From Octopus bimaculoides (taxonomy: Eukaryota), in NCBI RefSeq assembly GCF_001194135.2, contig NC_068983.1, forward strand, positions 26,254,430-26,318,429: 64,000 bases of DNA, read 5' to 3'. Position 1 is the first letter of the stretch, and each line of letters opens with the position of its first letter. The notes under the pieces are model-generated. The model searched no databases. It was not told where the DNA came from and saw only the letters and a program-made list of their open reading frames with translations. This document shows positions 25,855-37,288 of the stretch, piece after piece. The translations under genes were made by a program, and so were the position numbers.

Positions 25855-26354
25855 CGATCTCATCCACAGTGTGTTAACGTAATTAGTTATTGTACTACAG
25901 GCAGTTAATATAATATCAATCTCAAGTCGAGATAAATCAGAGTTGTGTTTGACGAATATAGGTGCTTATTGGTTTGATAGTTGAATAGTAATTAAAGATA
26001 TCTAGTTGTACAAACTTACTACATTTTTTTCCAGGCTGTTGAACCAACTAATAACATCTAGTGTATCCAACCATAGCGTAATCTAATTAAAGATCTTAGA
26101 GTAGGTAAAGTTCTATCTATAATTGTCTTATCGATTCGACCAACGATAGATTTAGATGGCCATATCAGTCTAGTCGTTGGATCATTGTGAGACTTAATTT
26201 TATGGTACTTAAGATGAATTCTCGGTTTTCTAGGTGTATATGGTTTTAATATTTTCCCTATACCTAATTCCGTAACTATTTCATGTGCCCTTTTATCTAT
26301 GTAAGCTTGTGTTTCTCGTGTAGTATGTTTGATTATACTATTAAGTTCTGCCAT
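25855..26354 (-). pseudogene. Decayed Penelope-like reverse transcriptase (N-terminal part through motif A)
   Basis: PRIHLKYHK...NDPTTRLIWPSKSIVGRIDKTIIDR, then frameshifted LWLDTLDVISWFNSL, KFVQLDIFNYYSTI (RT motif A) and EIDIILTAC..LWM, matching the PLE pattern TLKDHK..NP..RLINP.KS..G.ISK.ILD. Confidence 0.85.
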
Positions 26355-27439
26355 AGTAAGCTTTTATATATATATATTTAATGTTAACATTATGTAGATT
26401 TGCGATTTTCTTGAGACGCACATACACGCATACTTACACACACACACACACATATATAAAATCATCTCATGTCATATATCATATCAAGCAGCAAGAGTCC
26501 CGTAATCAGCTTCAACAACTTACAGTTGTTTCTGCTACGAGATGCAGTGCACTCAGAGATGAGAGATTGTGCAACATCCTGTAGCTTCCTTGGAATTATT
26601 AAATTGATGTGTGTTTGTGTTTTGTGAGTATATATATATATATAGACAGAGAGAGACAGAGAGAAAGTGAGACAGACAAATAGATATATTATATACACTT
26701 TGATGTATATGTGTGTACATGTATATATATTATGTATAATTATTATTTAAAATTTATATTCTATTTAATTCAAAAATATAAATCAGTTACTGAAGAGTCT
26801 AAAGCTTAGTATCGAGGCTCCATCCAACTCAAGAAGAAATAGGAATATGTTTGATATGAAAAAGAAAGATTTGTTGAAGCAATGCGTTGGAAATATAATA
26901 GACAAGTACGTCAATCAATCAACCAATCATCAATAGATCATTCAATCAGTATATGAATATATGTATATGTGTATTTGTGTTTATATGTTTGTGGCGTATG
27001 TCACTGTTTGCTGATCACGAATAGTAATGAAAGCAATGATTTATTTTTACTTTGTTGTTTTGGGTGTACCTCTGAGTTTAACAAATCAGCTATCATTTCG
27101 AATTCGCGACTGATATAATAAGAAATAGATTTACATCGGTTTTCAAAATTTTATTGAGTTACCAATTTTGGTTTTGTCGTTAGTGAAAAACTGATTTTGC
27201 ACGTCATAACTGTAAAAAATCTAGAATGATTGATGTTTTTAAAAAAGAAAAACAATACTTTCAATTTGTCTTCATGAAATAATAGATAAACTTTGGGTAT
27301 AATTTTGGTTGTTATGTTCATAAAAAATATTTTCCAAATTCAGACAGGACTAAAACAGTCAATTTGTGAAATGAGATCAGAAATAGAGTTTGTTGTTTAA
27401 TATATTATGAAGGTGAAACCAATATTAAGCATTGCATTT

Positions 27440-27830
27440 AAGGCTACGAGCTGGCAGAATGATTAGCGGCTCTTCGTCCGACTTTAAGCTTTGAGTTCAA
27501 ATTCTGCCGAGGACGACTTTAGTCTCATCTTTTATTTGTCGATAAAATAAGTACTAGTTGAACCCTAGCGTCGATGTAATCGACTAGCCTCTCTGCCCAA
27601 ATCGCTGGATTTGTGTTAAAATCTGAAACCAATATTAGACATTGCTTAAGCGTCGAAATAATAAAATAGTTAGTACGCTGCGCAAATTGCTTAATGGAAT
27701 TTCATCTGGATTTACGTTCGACTACGTGTTCTATGTCTCGGGATCAATTAAATAAGTACCAGTTGAGCACTGGGATCAATGAAATCAACTAGCCCTCATC
27801 CGACCTAGTCGAAACATCTTATGCCTATTG
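27440..27830 (+). mobile_element. Two head-to-tail SINE family B copies
   Basis: gctacgagctggcagaatgattagc...gagttcaaattctgccgaggacgac (27440-27630) and a second decayed copy (27670-27830). Confidence 0.75.
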
Positions 27831-28992
27831 TAGGAATAAATATTATCCGCTGTTGCAGATGGAAAACAGTTCAAGAATTAACAAGGCTGAAATACTTTTG
27901 CAATGATATATTAGGATGGATTCTATAAGTACATGGTATGTTTAACAGTGATTGTTTTACCATTTCTCCAAATATGAAAAATGAAGTAACACTTCCATTA
28001 TCTAATTCTAACTTCCATAGGTTTTGCAACAATGGATAGCATTCATATATTCAAAGGATCATCACGAACAAATTACGAAACTAAAATTTGCTAAAATGTG
28101 AACTGATAATCGCCAAAGCAGAACAAAAAACCCAGACTACTTAAGCATCCTTTGCACGTAATAATCTCCTTCTAAATCAATGGGTGGTATCTTGAATTTG
28201 GTTGAATGCTGAAGTATTGCCTCGATCGTGTTTACTTAACAGCAGTTTTACTTCGCTGATAAACTCTGATAGATTTATATCGGTTACAGTTGACCGGACC
28301 TATATAAAAGCAGCAGAACTTCTAAGACGGTATTTGATGTACTGGAAATAGCAGTAATTAATAACTCAAAACACACAGAATGCACATTCGGCATATGCAT
28401 GCAAGTATGTGTGTAAGTGTGCATGTATCTATCTATGTATATATATATATGAATGTATATATACATGTATGTATATGTATATATATATATATATATATGT
28501 ATATATGTGCATATACATGTATGTATATGTATATGTGTATATNNNNNNNNNNNNNNNNNNNNNNNNNNNNNNNNNNNNNNNNNNNNNNNNNNNNNNNNNN
28601 NNNNNNNNNNNNNNNNNNNNNNNNNNNNNNNNNNNNNATATATATATATATATATAAGTATGTATGTGTGTATGTATGTATATATATATATATAAACACA
28701 CACAGATATATATACATACATACATACATACATACCTACATATAAACATTTATGTATATGTTTAGCATAATTCCTGATGTGAAATCGAGTGTTGAAACAG
28801 ATTTTGTTATATTTCGAGATGTTCAGTTTTTTTCTCACATAAACTCATGTACCATATATTCGTTCTTCTATTCAACATTATTATAGTCATTTTAATGTCT
28901 ATGGGACCTATTCAGTGACTCTCCATCTTACGTTTCACCTCCTCTTCTGTTTAGTTGCTCAAGAAGTTACAAGATGTGTATCTATGTATCAG

Positions 28993-28999
28993 TCAATCA

Positions 29000-29061
<62 letters not shown>

Positions 29062-29125
29062 TTGTCTATCTATCTATCTGTTTGTCTATCTATCTATCTG
29101 TTTGTCTATCTGTCTGTCTATCTTC
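28993..29125. repeat. (TCTA)n/(TCTG)n tetranucleotide microsatellite
   Basis: Direct reading. Confidence 0.95.
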
Positions 29126-29186
29126 TATCACGATATATACATGTGTGTGTATGTGTGTGTGTGTGCGTGTGTGTCTGTGTGTGTGT

Positions 29187-29217
<31 letters not shown>

Positions 29218-30149
29218 GCGGTGCAAACTGTAGAATCACTACTTCATGCAAACTTCCCAGTAATTGACATGCTTCACATATATGAGAACAAAAAATGCGA
29301 AAGAAGAATAACAGAAACTGTATGACACAATGAATCTTAGGTAATCGATATTGTTCAAGAAATATGAATATTTCTAAAAATGGCAAAGTATTTTACTATT
29401 GAACTTTTTAAACTTCAGTTTCGTAACTCTATGTTTTTTCTTCTCTTTTGCTTATTTTTTCAATACCCTTACATTGTTTTCATGTTCTATAGTTTCTGCA
29501 TTCTTTCTGCGTTTCTTTATTCATATCTCAGATTCGGTTTCTTTGTTCTCCCTGTTGAGTGAGTAACATAGCTGTATAATGCATACTACGTCTAGTCTTC
29601 TTTTGGCTTGTTGTTATGTTGCTATCCCATCCATAGCTGTTACTTCTACTGCGAAAAATGAAAAATAAATATAAATTAAGACAGTATTCGTTTACTTACT
29701 ATACAGAGTTTGTTAAAGTTATTTTTCAATTTCTTCATATACGCTGCTCTTAACGTTCTACAATTGTACTAATGGTGATATATATAATGTAGACACAAGA
29801 TCAGGTGACACGTTGTGAGAAAGTATGTTTTATATTTATAGACGTCTCTGCTTGACTGATATTTGTTTTCTTGATGAATAAATGTTCAAATTTGCCCTAG
29901 GTAAAATCTGAACGAAGAACATAACGGTAAATAAATTAAATTCAATCCACTTTTGGTCAATTCTTTACCGATATTATTAAATGAAAAGAACATATTATAA
30001 TTAAATTCACGAATCGCAGTATCTTCGATAATAGTGACATGACGGTATAACTTGTTAAATATATATAACAATATTTATGATGTATCAATATATAATAATA
30101 AATTATATAATGCATATTATAATACGTTTAATAATCATGGCGCTGTTGC

Positions 30150-31370
30150 AACAATATTGAGGGAAGCTGTAAGCTGGTTACATCGACTCTAGAATTTGAC
30201 TAAGAATGAAAGGCAACGTAGACTTCAGTAGGGTTTGAGCTCAGAGCACGAAGAGCGAGTAGGAATAGCCCTCACCATTATGTGCGTCGCGCTCACGATT
30301 CTCTCAGCTCGCCGCATTATCAATAAAAGATAAAATATAATCCTTCCTACTATACGCACTAGGCTTTAGATTTGAGGGGAGGGGCAAATCAATTGCATCC
30401 ACCGCAGTACGTAACTGGTATTTATTCTTCGACCCCGATAGGATGAAAGGCAAAATTGACCTCGGCGAAATTTAATAGATATATAATAATGTTATTTATA
30501 ATAATAAAATTGCCACAGTGACAAAAACACTTTGTAAGGAAGACTAACCTATTGAATCATGCTGAGTATCTGATTGACACATTCTTTTTTTATGGATGGG
30601 ATTTGAACTCAGAACCTAAAGAGCTTAACACCAATTGAATTTATATGACACCTTGCGGATTCTCTGCAATTGATCGCCAAAGAGTTTGCCGTCTCCAGCA
30701 ATATACATGAAAACTATGTTTACTAATCTAATCCAGCAACTGTTGCGCACGTAGAAGAGTCACTCGATATCATTAACACCAGTAACTGATCAGTGTATTA
30801 TTTTAGCATCCCCGGTATGATGACAGGCAAAAATAAGCTTTGGTGGTTTTGAAATCAGTATTAAATAGAAACACAAAAGAAATACCGTGCGGCAACTTTT
30901 CTGACACCTTAACGATTTTACTACATCACCACTATCATTGGTAATCCTAATTTCTGATTTACGAACAAGGGCCGCGATTTTGTGAAAAGGGATTAGTCGA
31001 TATCATTGAGTGAATACTTGGCTGGTGCTTTATAATATCAAGCCTTAAAGGATAAAAGGCAAAGTTAAAATCGGCATACTTGAACTCAGAATTTATGGAG
31101 TTGGAACAAATAGCAGAGAGCATTTTCTCGACGCTCTAACACTTTCTGCCAGTTCACTTCCCTGTCATATATTTAAAAGCTATGGTAATTAATAATAGCC
31201 GTATTAATCATATTTTAATATATGGTAACACAAGTACAGAAAATGTTGGGGTGGGAACAATCAATTATATCGATTTCATTACTTCATTCATACATAATTT
31301 AATCAAACACGGAAAGATGAAAGGCAAAATTGTTCTTGATGAGAATTGTGATCATAACGTAAAAGTTCCT
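30150..31370 (-). mobile_element. Cluster of at least five co-oriented, decayed SINE family B copies
   Basis: Recurrent gaatgaaaggcaacgtagac / ggatgaaaggcaaaattgacctcggc / gatgacaggcaaaataagc / ggataaaaggcaaagttaaaatcggc / agatgaaaggcaaaattg, several with ttgaactcaga. Confidence 0.7.
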
Positions 31371-32049
31371 TATGGCGAAAACATTTGTATTTATAGTAAA
31401 AAAAAAAAAAAAAAAGAATGAAGATGGTTGAAGCGTTTAATGTCAACTCTACCTTTTATTTTCGTTTCACAATCACCACCGTTATGATAATTCTGACCTT
31501 GTGCCAAAATTTGAAACCAACATACCAAAATACTTCATTAGTAGTTAAATAAAGAAACCAAAGTTGTCCTCTGAATTTATACTCAGAATGTGTAAAGAGC
31601 AAAGAATTGTTACCAGGCTCATACTTGTTCTACCTGTCAACGAGGCGTTGATATATACGCTTATAATAAAACGTGCTATCGATTCAAGTGATATGAATAT
31701 CGTATCAAATTTGTGAAAACTGTCACTAAAATAGCTATAAAAGTCGAAAATTCAGAGGGAAGGTTTTAATCGATTAAAGTGACATTAATATTTGACAAAT
31801 AACTGTTTGTTATGTACCAAAAACAATGAAGGGAAATCGTTAAAACAAATACTGATTTTTTTTCTTCTCGAACGATTTTGGCAATCAACTTCCTTTTAGT
31901 AGTTGTAATAATAATATTGCTTTCAAACAGAGACACAAATATCAAATATTATGAGAGCCTTACCGTTATTTGGGACTTCAACAACTAATGGCACCTTTGT
32001 AACACATAGCGTATTGAGCAGCTCTAATCATTACATATTTCTTCGATGT

Positions 32050-32078
32050 AGACAGACAGACAGACTGACAGATAGATT

Positions 32079-32140
<62 letters not shown>

Positions 32141-32175
32141 AGGAAAGAAAGAGAGTTAGTTAGATAGATAGATAT
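32050..32175. repeat. (GATA)n/(GACA)n microsatellite
   Basis: Direct reading. Confidence 0.95.
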
Positions 32176-32699
32176 ATAGTTTGAGAGAAATAGAGAGAGA
32201 ATACTTTATTTATTGACACCTTCAGGAACATTCAATGTTGACCTGAACAGGATATTTTACGCCTTGCCGTTGAAAGAGTACATCAACGTATTCTATTCCG
32301 ATGTTCTAACGTTCCAGTCTATCAGCCAACATACCGTGCAAGAGAAATGGTTAATAAGTCCAATCCATTAAATCATGTGTAGTGCAGTTTTATATTTTGT
32401 ATCAGACTAAGGGGCTCTGACCATGATGTGCACACACCTTCTGAGTAGAGTCGTATTGAAAAGACGGCTGGCATTTAGCTTGGCATCTCCAGGTGAATGT
32501 CTTGAAGTAAAGTGGGAAAGCAAGGAATTTTGATATAATGTTTGGTTGTTAATTAGACTCAGTTCAGCCCTGATAAAGCAGTTCTATAGTCACGGAAATT
32601 CTACTTAAGACAATCTCCCTTTTCTTGTATGCAGGGAAACCAGTGTGATTATTCCTCTCTAAAAGTTTGGTGTGTAAACTGATAAATTTTTTAACTGTA

Positions 32700-32960
32700 T
32701 GTAACCGGCCAAGTTTCCCTGTAGAAGATACTTCTTTTGCTTAGTGTCGAACCTAGGTGGAGAAAAATATGGTGAACGAGTGGAGGATAGAGATGTGTTG
32801 AGCAAGTCATGGTGGATGATTTGTGGGAGAAGATAATACTGGGAAGTAGAGATTGTTGCAGGAATACTAGATAAACGTAACTGAGAGTGCATTTCTTGGA
32901 TAGAAATTGGAGTTTGCTGGTAATAACTCCGAAATATTGAAAAGGAAACATGAACCTGTT
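32700..32960 (-). mobile_element. Possible LINE (CR1-like) 3' coding remnant
   Basis: LLPQIIHH..TSLSSTRSPYFSPPRF loosely resembles the CR1 RT C-terminal region; weak. Confidence 0.25.
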
Positions 32961-34050
32961 GTCTTTTGAACTCAGAAAGCAGAGTCAGAACAAAGAAAAC
33001 AAAGCATTCTATCGCGTGGGCTGGCTTAATTCCTCAAATACTTGCATGAATAATACTAATGATAATAAGGATGAACATTGTAAAGCTTTTCAGAGATATG
33101 CAATGATATCAGATTAACATTTTTTTATCAGGATTGCCTCTATTACAGAAAAGTCTCTGATAATTATTAAATTAGACAGTTTTTGCTAGAATTAAATGTG
33201 AAACGTAAATCACTCTTAAAGCTGATGAGTCTTGTATTCCAATTTGATAGAACGCTTCACGTTTGGTTATCTACAGTGAGAAATATATTTTCAGGGATTA
33301 CATACTATATTATGCCTAAGTGTATTTATCAAGCATCTTTTTCACTCTCAGCCTTTAAATATATTTCGCCTATTGACATTTATGTAATTCAATATTATAT
33401 AGAGGTTTGATACACAAATGACGTCTCACAGATAAGCCGACTAAATGGGCGTGGCCTGTTGTTTTTATTTTTCTCAATAGTTTTGTGATATTTTTCAACA
33501 AAGGAAATCTTGCATCTGATCGTTTTTAGACTGTTTTTCTAATGTTTTCATTAATTTTGCCAAATTGCTAAACCAAATCAAATTATCACATAAGTAATTA
33601 CAGTTCGACAGAAAGGAAAGAGTTTCAATTCTTTTATAAACATTCGCTTTCTTTCCGAATTCCAGTATAATTTTCTGAGTTGTTTTAATGAGATCGCCTC
33701 AGAACATAAGAAACATTCATAAAATCAACAGTCTGCTATATTTATTAATTAGAATTCAAAGTGATTAAAAATAATCCCCAGAAGAAAAAAAAAATTCTCA
33801 TATAAAATTCAAAGGTTTCATTGTGGATAAATAAAAGTATATTTTAGTTTTTGATTTTGAAGAAGATTGATTGAATTTACTATACTAAATAAATCAATTT
33901 TCGTAGGCGATATTTCAACAATTAAAACTGTGTTCAAAGAAATAATTTATAATGTTCATGTATAAAACGTTAGAGACACAAAAACTGAAGGGAATAACGT
34001 TTCTATAATTCCAAAGGGTCTCTCTGGAAAATAATGTCTTCTAAGTCATA

Positions 34051-34158
34051 CCAGCAAACACTCGAAAGGACCAGCAAACACTCGAAAGGACCAGCAAACA
34101 CTCGAAAGGACCAGCAAACAATCGAAAGGACCAGCAAACACTCGAAAGAACCAGCACA
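34051..34158 (+). repeat. 20-bp minisatellite (ccagcaaacactcgaaagga) x about 5.4
   Basis: Contiguous units with single substitutions in units 4-5; no spacers. Confidence 0.95.
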
Positions 34159-34315
34159 CGTATTACTAATTTACATATTATAAATCTACCGCGTTTTTGG
34201 TGGATGTTCGTAAATTTAGAACGAAAGTGACAAAAAGCGATATATGCTCATCTTTTCATGCCTTTCGAACTCTTTTGATACAATAATGGATTCCTTGTAT
34301 GTCANNNNNNNNNNC

Positions 34316-34560
34316 TCACGCTTAGAGGGACTAAAAAAGTCAAAAACTACCAAAAAATAAGCAACATATTTACCGAAAGCGAGGGAATGCAACTTTCAAA
34401 AATTAATCTCTTAAAAACATTTAACTTAACGGCAAACAACTGGTTTCTCAATTAATACAGCAAAAACTGTGAAGTAAGCTGCATCTTTTGTTCATCAGTA
34501 CACGTATGGTCGAGACACATAAAAAATAAACAAAAATCAACATACCACGATGTACCCAAC
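34316..34560 (+). mobile_element. Decayed copy of the 52888 MITE family
   Basis: tcacgcttagagggact..tttaccgaaagcgagggaatgcaactttcaaa..aatcaacatacca matches the left TIR of the 52888 element. Confidence 0.6.
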
Positions 34561-34579
34561 AATAGTACGTTTACTATAG

Positions 34580-34627
34580 AAGAAACCGGAACTTTTGAAG
34601 AGCATACACTTTCTGAGAAAGATAACG
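34580..34627 (+). CDS. Candidate 48-nt symmetric mini-exon (phase 1: xETGTFEEHTLSEKDN)
   Basis: tttactatAG acceptor, GTAAGC donor, length a multiple of 3; paralogue at 36214 keeps both sites. Confidence 0.3.
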
Positions 34628-35265
34628 GTAAGCGTAAGTGAACTTCAAAATGAGGATGTTTCACAGATATCATGACACTAATTTACAACCCCCTTGAATT
34701 ATTGATGCAAAAACACATTTTTGATCAAGAAAAATCTAAGATATAAGCAGAACGTTGGTGTGTAGCTCATGATAATCTGTCATAGAAAACAAATAGAAAC
34801 TCAATCTTCGTGTACAGACTCACAGGTATAACATTTTTTACGCAGATTCTAATAATTTAATGTCGTTCTTAAAATGTTCACATACTTCACAAAAATGTAA
34901 TAACTTCACTTCACAAATAATACCACAATTGTTTATTAGCTTTGATTACGACTGCCACAACTGATGGGGAAAATAATTAATTACAAAGGAGGCATGAGAT
35001 ATATTAAATACTCCTAAATCGTATTCTTGCACGTGTGCAGCTGCAGTGGCGTACTCTTTGAATTTCATCTATTTCGAAAATCTTCTTGCATATTTCTAGA
35101 ATTGATTGTGAAATTGAAGGATAAATAGCAAATCAATTACAGCAGGAACTAAACTGAAAACAGGATTTGGCACAAGAAATTTTATCCGCACTCTTACACA
35201 AAGAGCCTTTGAGAATTGACTCAATACTGGCTCATCATTTAAATCTTCATAAAGGAGTGTGATAA

Positions 35266-35400
35266 ATTATATCTACATTTTATTTTATCACCCACAAATT
35301 ATGAACATCAAAATTGACCGCTTGACTAATATCAGAAGTTATTTGTCGACGATTTAATAAAAAAGATAATGAGTTTTACATTATTTATATTTGACGGATA
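35266..35400. other. 135-bp exact inverted overlap with 36894-37028 (probable contig mis-orientation)
   Basis: Identical reverse complement; both copies end exactly at N-gaps. Confidence 0.9.
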
Positions 35401-35624
35401 NNNNNNNNNNNNNNNNNNNNNNNNNNNNNNNNNNNNNNNNNNNNNNNNNNNNNNNNNNNNNNNNNNNNNNNNNNNNNNNNNNNNNNNNNNNNNNNNNNNN
35501 NNNNNNNNNNNNNNNNNNNNNNNNNNNNNNNNNNNNNNNNNNNNNNNNNNNNNNNNNNNNNNNNNNNNNNNNNNNNNNNNNNNNNNNNNNNNNNNNNNNN
35601 NNNNNNNNNNNNNNNNNNNNNNNN

Positions 35625-35663
<39 letters not shown>

Positions 35664-36044
35664 ACATATATGTACACACACAAGTATATTTTATTAAATG
35701 TATAGGTAATACGGAACGCAAAATATGCTATTGACATTTATCAGATTAATTTCTTATAGCACTAACAATAATCTGTGCATTCATTACAATTGTAAAATTA
35801 TTTAATCATATTTTTTTCTTTTGATTTATTTATAATTATATATATGTCTCTGAATATGGGATTTCACAATCTGTATAATTGCTAATTGTGTGTTAACCAT
35901 TTATATAACTGTCAGATTCGTTCAGATTACTGAAACAGCTTTCGGAAATGAAGTTTTGATATAATTGTTACATTGCATGCCTTTCATTTTGAACTTTGCT
36001 TTGCTAGTTACACTTTAAGCTGAGTACAGACGCTATGCAACATT

Positions 36045-36520
36045 TTACATAATATTGCATTGAAATTGCGAATTTCGGATTTTATTCTGACGCCATGAAT
36101 TTAGAATAACTGTGATAAAAAGCGATATAAGCTTATCTTTTTCTGTCTTTCGTACGATTTTCATACAATAATGGTTTCCTTGTATATCAAGGTATTTGAT
36201 ATGCTTACTATAGAAGAAACAAGATCGTGTGAGGAGCATACATTTTCTGATAAACTTTATGAATGTAAGCGTAACTGAAATTCAAAATGGGAATGTTTCA
36301 CAGTCTCTAATTTACCGCCTCCTTCAATTATTGATGCAAAAACATATTGATAATCGAGTAATATTTAGGTTATAAGTGGAACATTGGTGTGTAGCTCATT
36401 ATAATCTATCATAGAAAACAAACAGTAGCTGAATCTTCATGTACATACTCACCTGTATGGCATATTTTTTTTACGTGGATTCTAATAATTCAACGTCGTA
36501 TATGAATTTTTTATGTAGAT
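36045..36520 (+). repeat. Duplicated module, copy 2
   Basis: See 34165; lacks the MITE insertion. Confidence 0.85.
36214..36264 (+). CDS. Candidate 51-nt symmetric mini-exon (phase 1: xETRSCEEHTFSDKLYE)
   Basis: cttactatAG / GTAAGC; +3 nt relative to the 34580 copy; lies on the possibly inverted contig. Confidence 0.25.
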
Positions 36521-36639
36521 CACAAAGATGTAATATCTTGACGTCTAAATTTAGCTGCCGCTGTGTCTTCGTTTCCTCTCTAGTCCAATCACAAGATCAG
36601 AATGGTATATGCATACATTTTAACAAGCCAGTTTCTTCG

Positions 36640-36920
36640 TGAGTATCCATGCTCGTGGGCATATGGCGTAGTGGTTAAGAGCGCGGACAACTAACCCCAA
36701 GATTCCGAATTCGATTCCAGGCAGTGACATTAATAATAATAATAATAATAGTAATAATAATAACAACAACAACAACATCAAAAATACCTTAGGAATGAGA
36801 ACCCAGGTTAAAAATTTCCCCAAGACACCTGATGAAGGCTGGAGAGTATACCAGCTAAAACGTTGTGTTAACAACAAACATGATGAGGACAAATATCCGT
36901 CAAATATAAATAATGTAAAA
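36640..36920 (+). mobile_element. tRNA-headed SINE-like element with (AAT)n/(AAC)n linker and hammerhead-containing 3' part
   Basis: A box TGGCGTAGTGG (36664-36674), B-box-like GAATTCGATTCC (36707-36718), hammerhead at 36824-36869. Confidence 0.8.
36824..36869 (+). ncRNA. Minimal type-I hammerhead (G12 to A in this copy)
   Basis: gacac-CTGATGA-a-ggctgg-agagtata-ccagct-AAAAC-GTT-gtgtt; stem I gacac/gtgtt, palindromic AACGTT stem III, GUU triplet. Confidence 0.7.
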
Positions 36921-37233
36921 CTCATTATCTTTTTTATTAAATCGTCGACAAATAACTTCTGATATTAGTCAAGCGGTCAATTTTGATGTTCATAATTTGT
37001 GGGTGATAAAATAAAATGTAGATATAATNNNNNNNNNNNNNNNNNNNNNNNNNNNNNNNNNNNNNNNNNNNNNNNNNNNNNNNNNNNNNNNNNNNNNNNN
37101 NNNNNNNNNNNNNNNNNNNNNNNNNNNNATATATCTACATGTGTGTATATATGTGTGTGTATGTATGCGTATATATTTGTGTATGTGCATAGGCAAATAT
37201 ATAGATACACACACACACACAGACACACTAACA

Positions 37234-37272
<39 letters not shown>

Positions 37273-37288
37273 ATATATATATATATAT

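Larger units (their letters stand above)
34165..34880 (+). repeat. Duplicated module, copy 1 (interrupted by a MITE insertion at about 34305-34565)
   Basis: Aligns to 36045-36520 (aaaaagcgatata, atacaataatgg.ttccttgtat.tca, ttactatagaagaaac, ttattgatgcaaaaaca, ttggtgtgtagctcat). Confidence 0.85.

Noticed and set aside
26460-26585. Exon candidates on both strands (minus ends AACAACT/gtaagt)
   Set aside because: Several frames are open on both strands and nothing selects one; no recognisable homology.
34051-34158. 20-bp repeat array as a CRISPR
   Set aside because: Units are contiguous with no unique spacers, no cas genes are present, and the context is eukaryotic; it is a minisatellite.
34826-36483. 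Minus-strand mini-exons ending in gtgagt donors in both module copies
   Set aside because: Lengths are 25 and 29 nt (difference not a multiple of 3), so the frame is not conserved.
36655-36728. tRNA gene (also heads at about 880-952 and 58106-58150)
   Set aside because: A/B boxes are present, but I cannot build a full cloverleaf or acceptor stem, and each runs into a SINE body; these are tRNA-derived heads.
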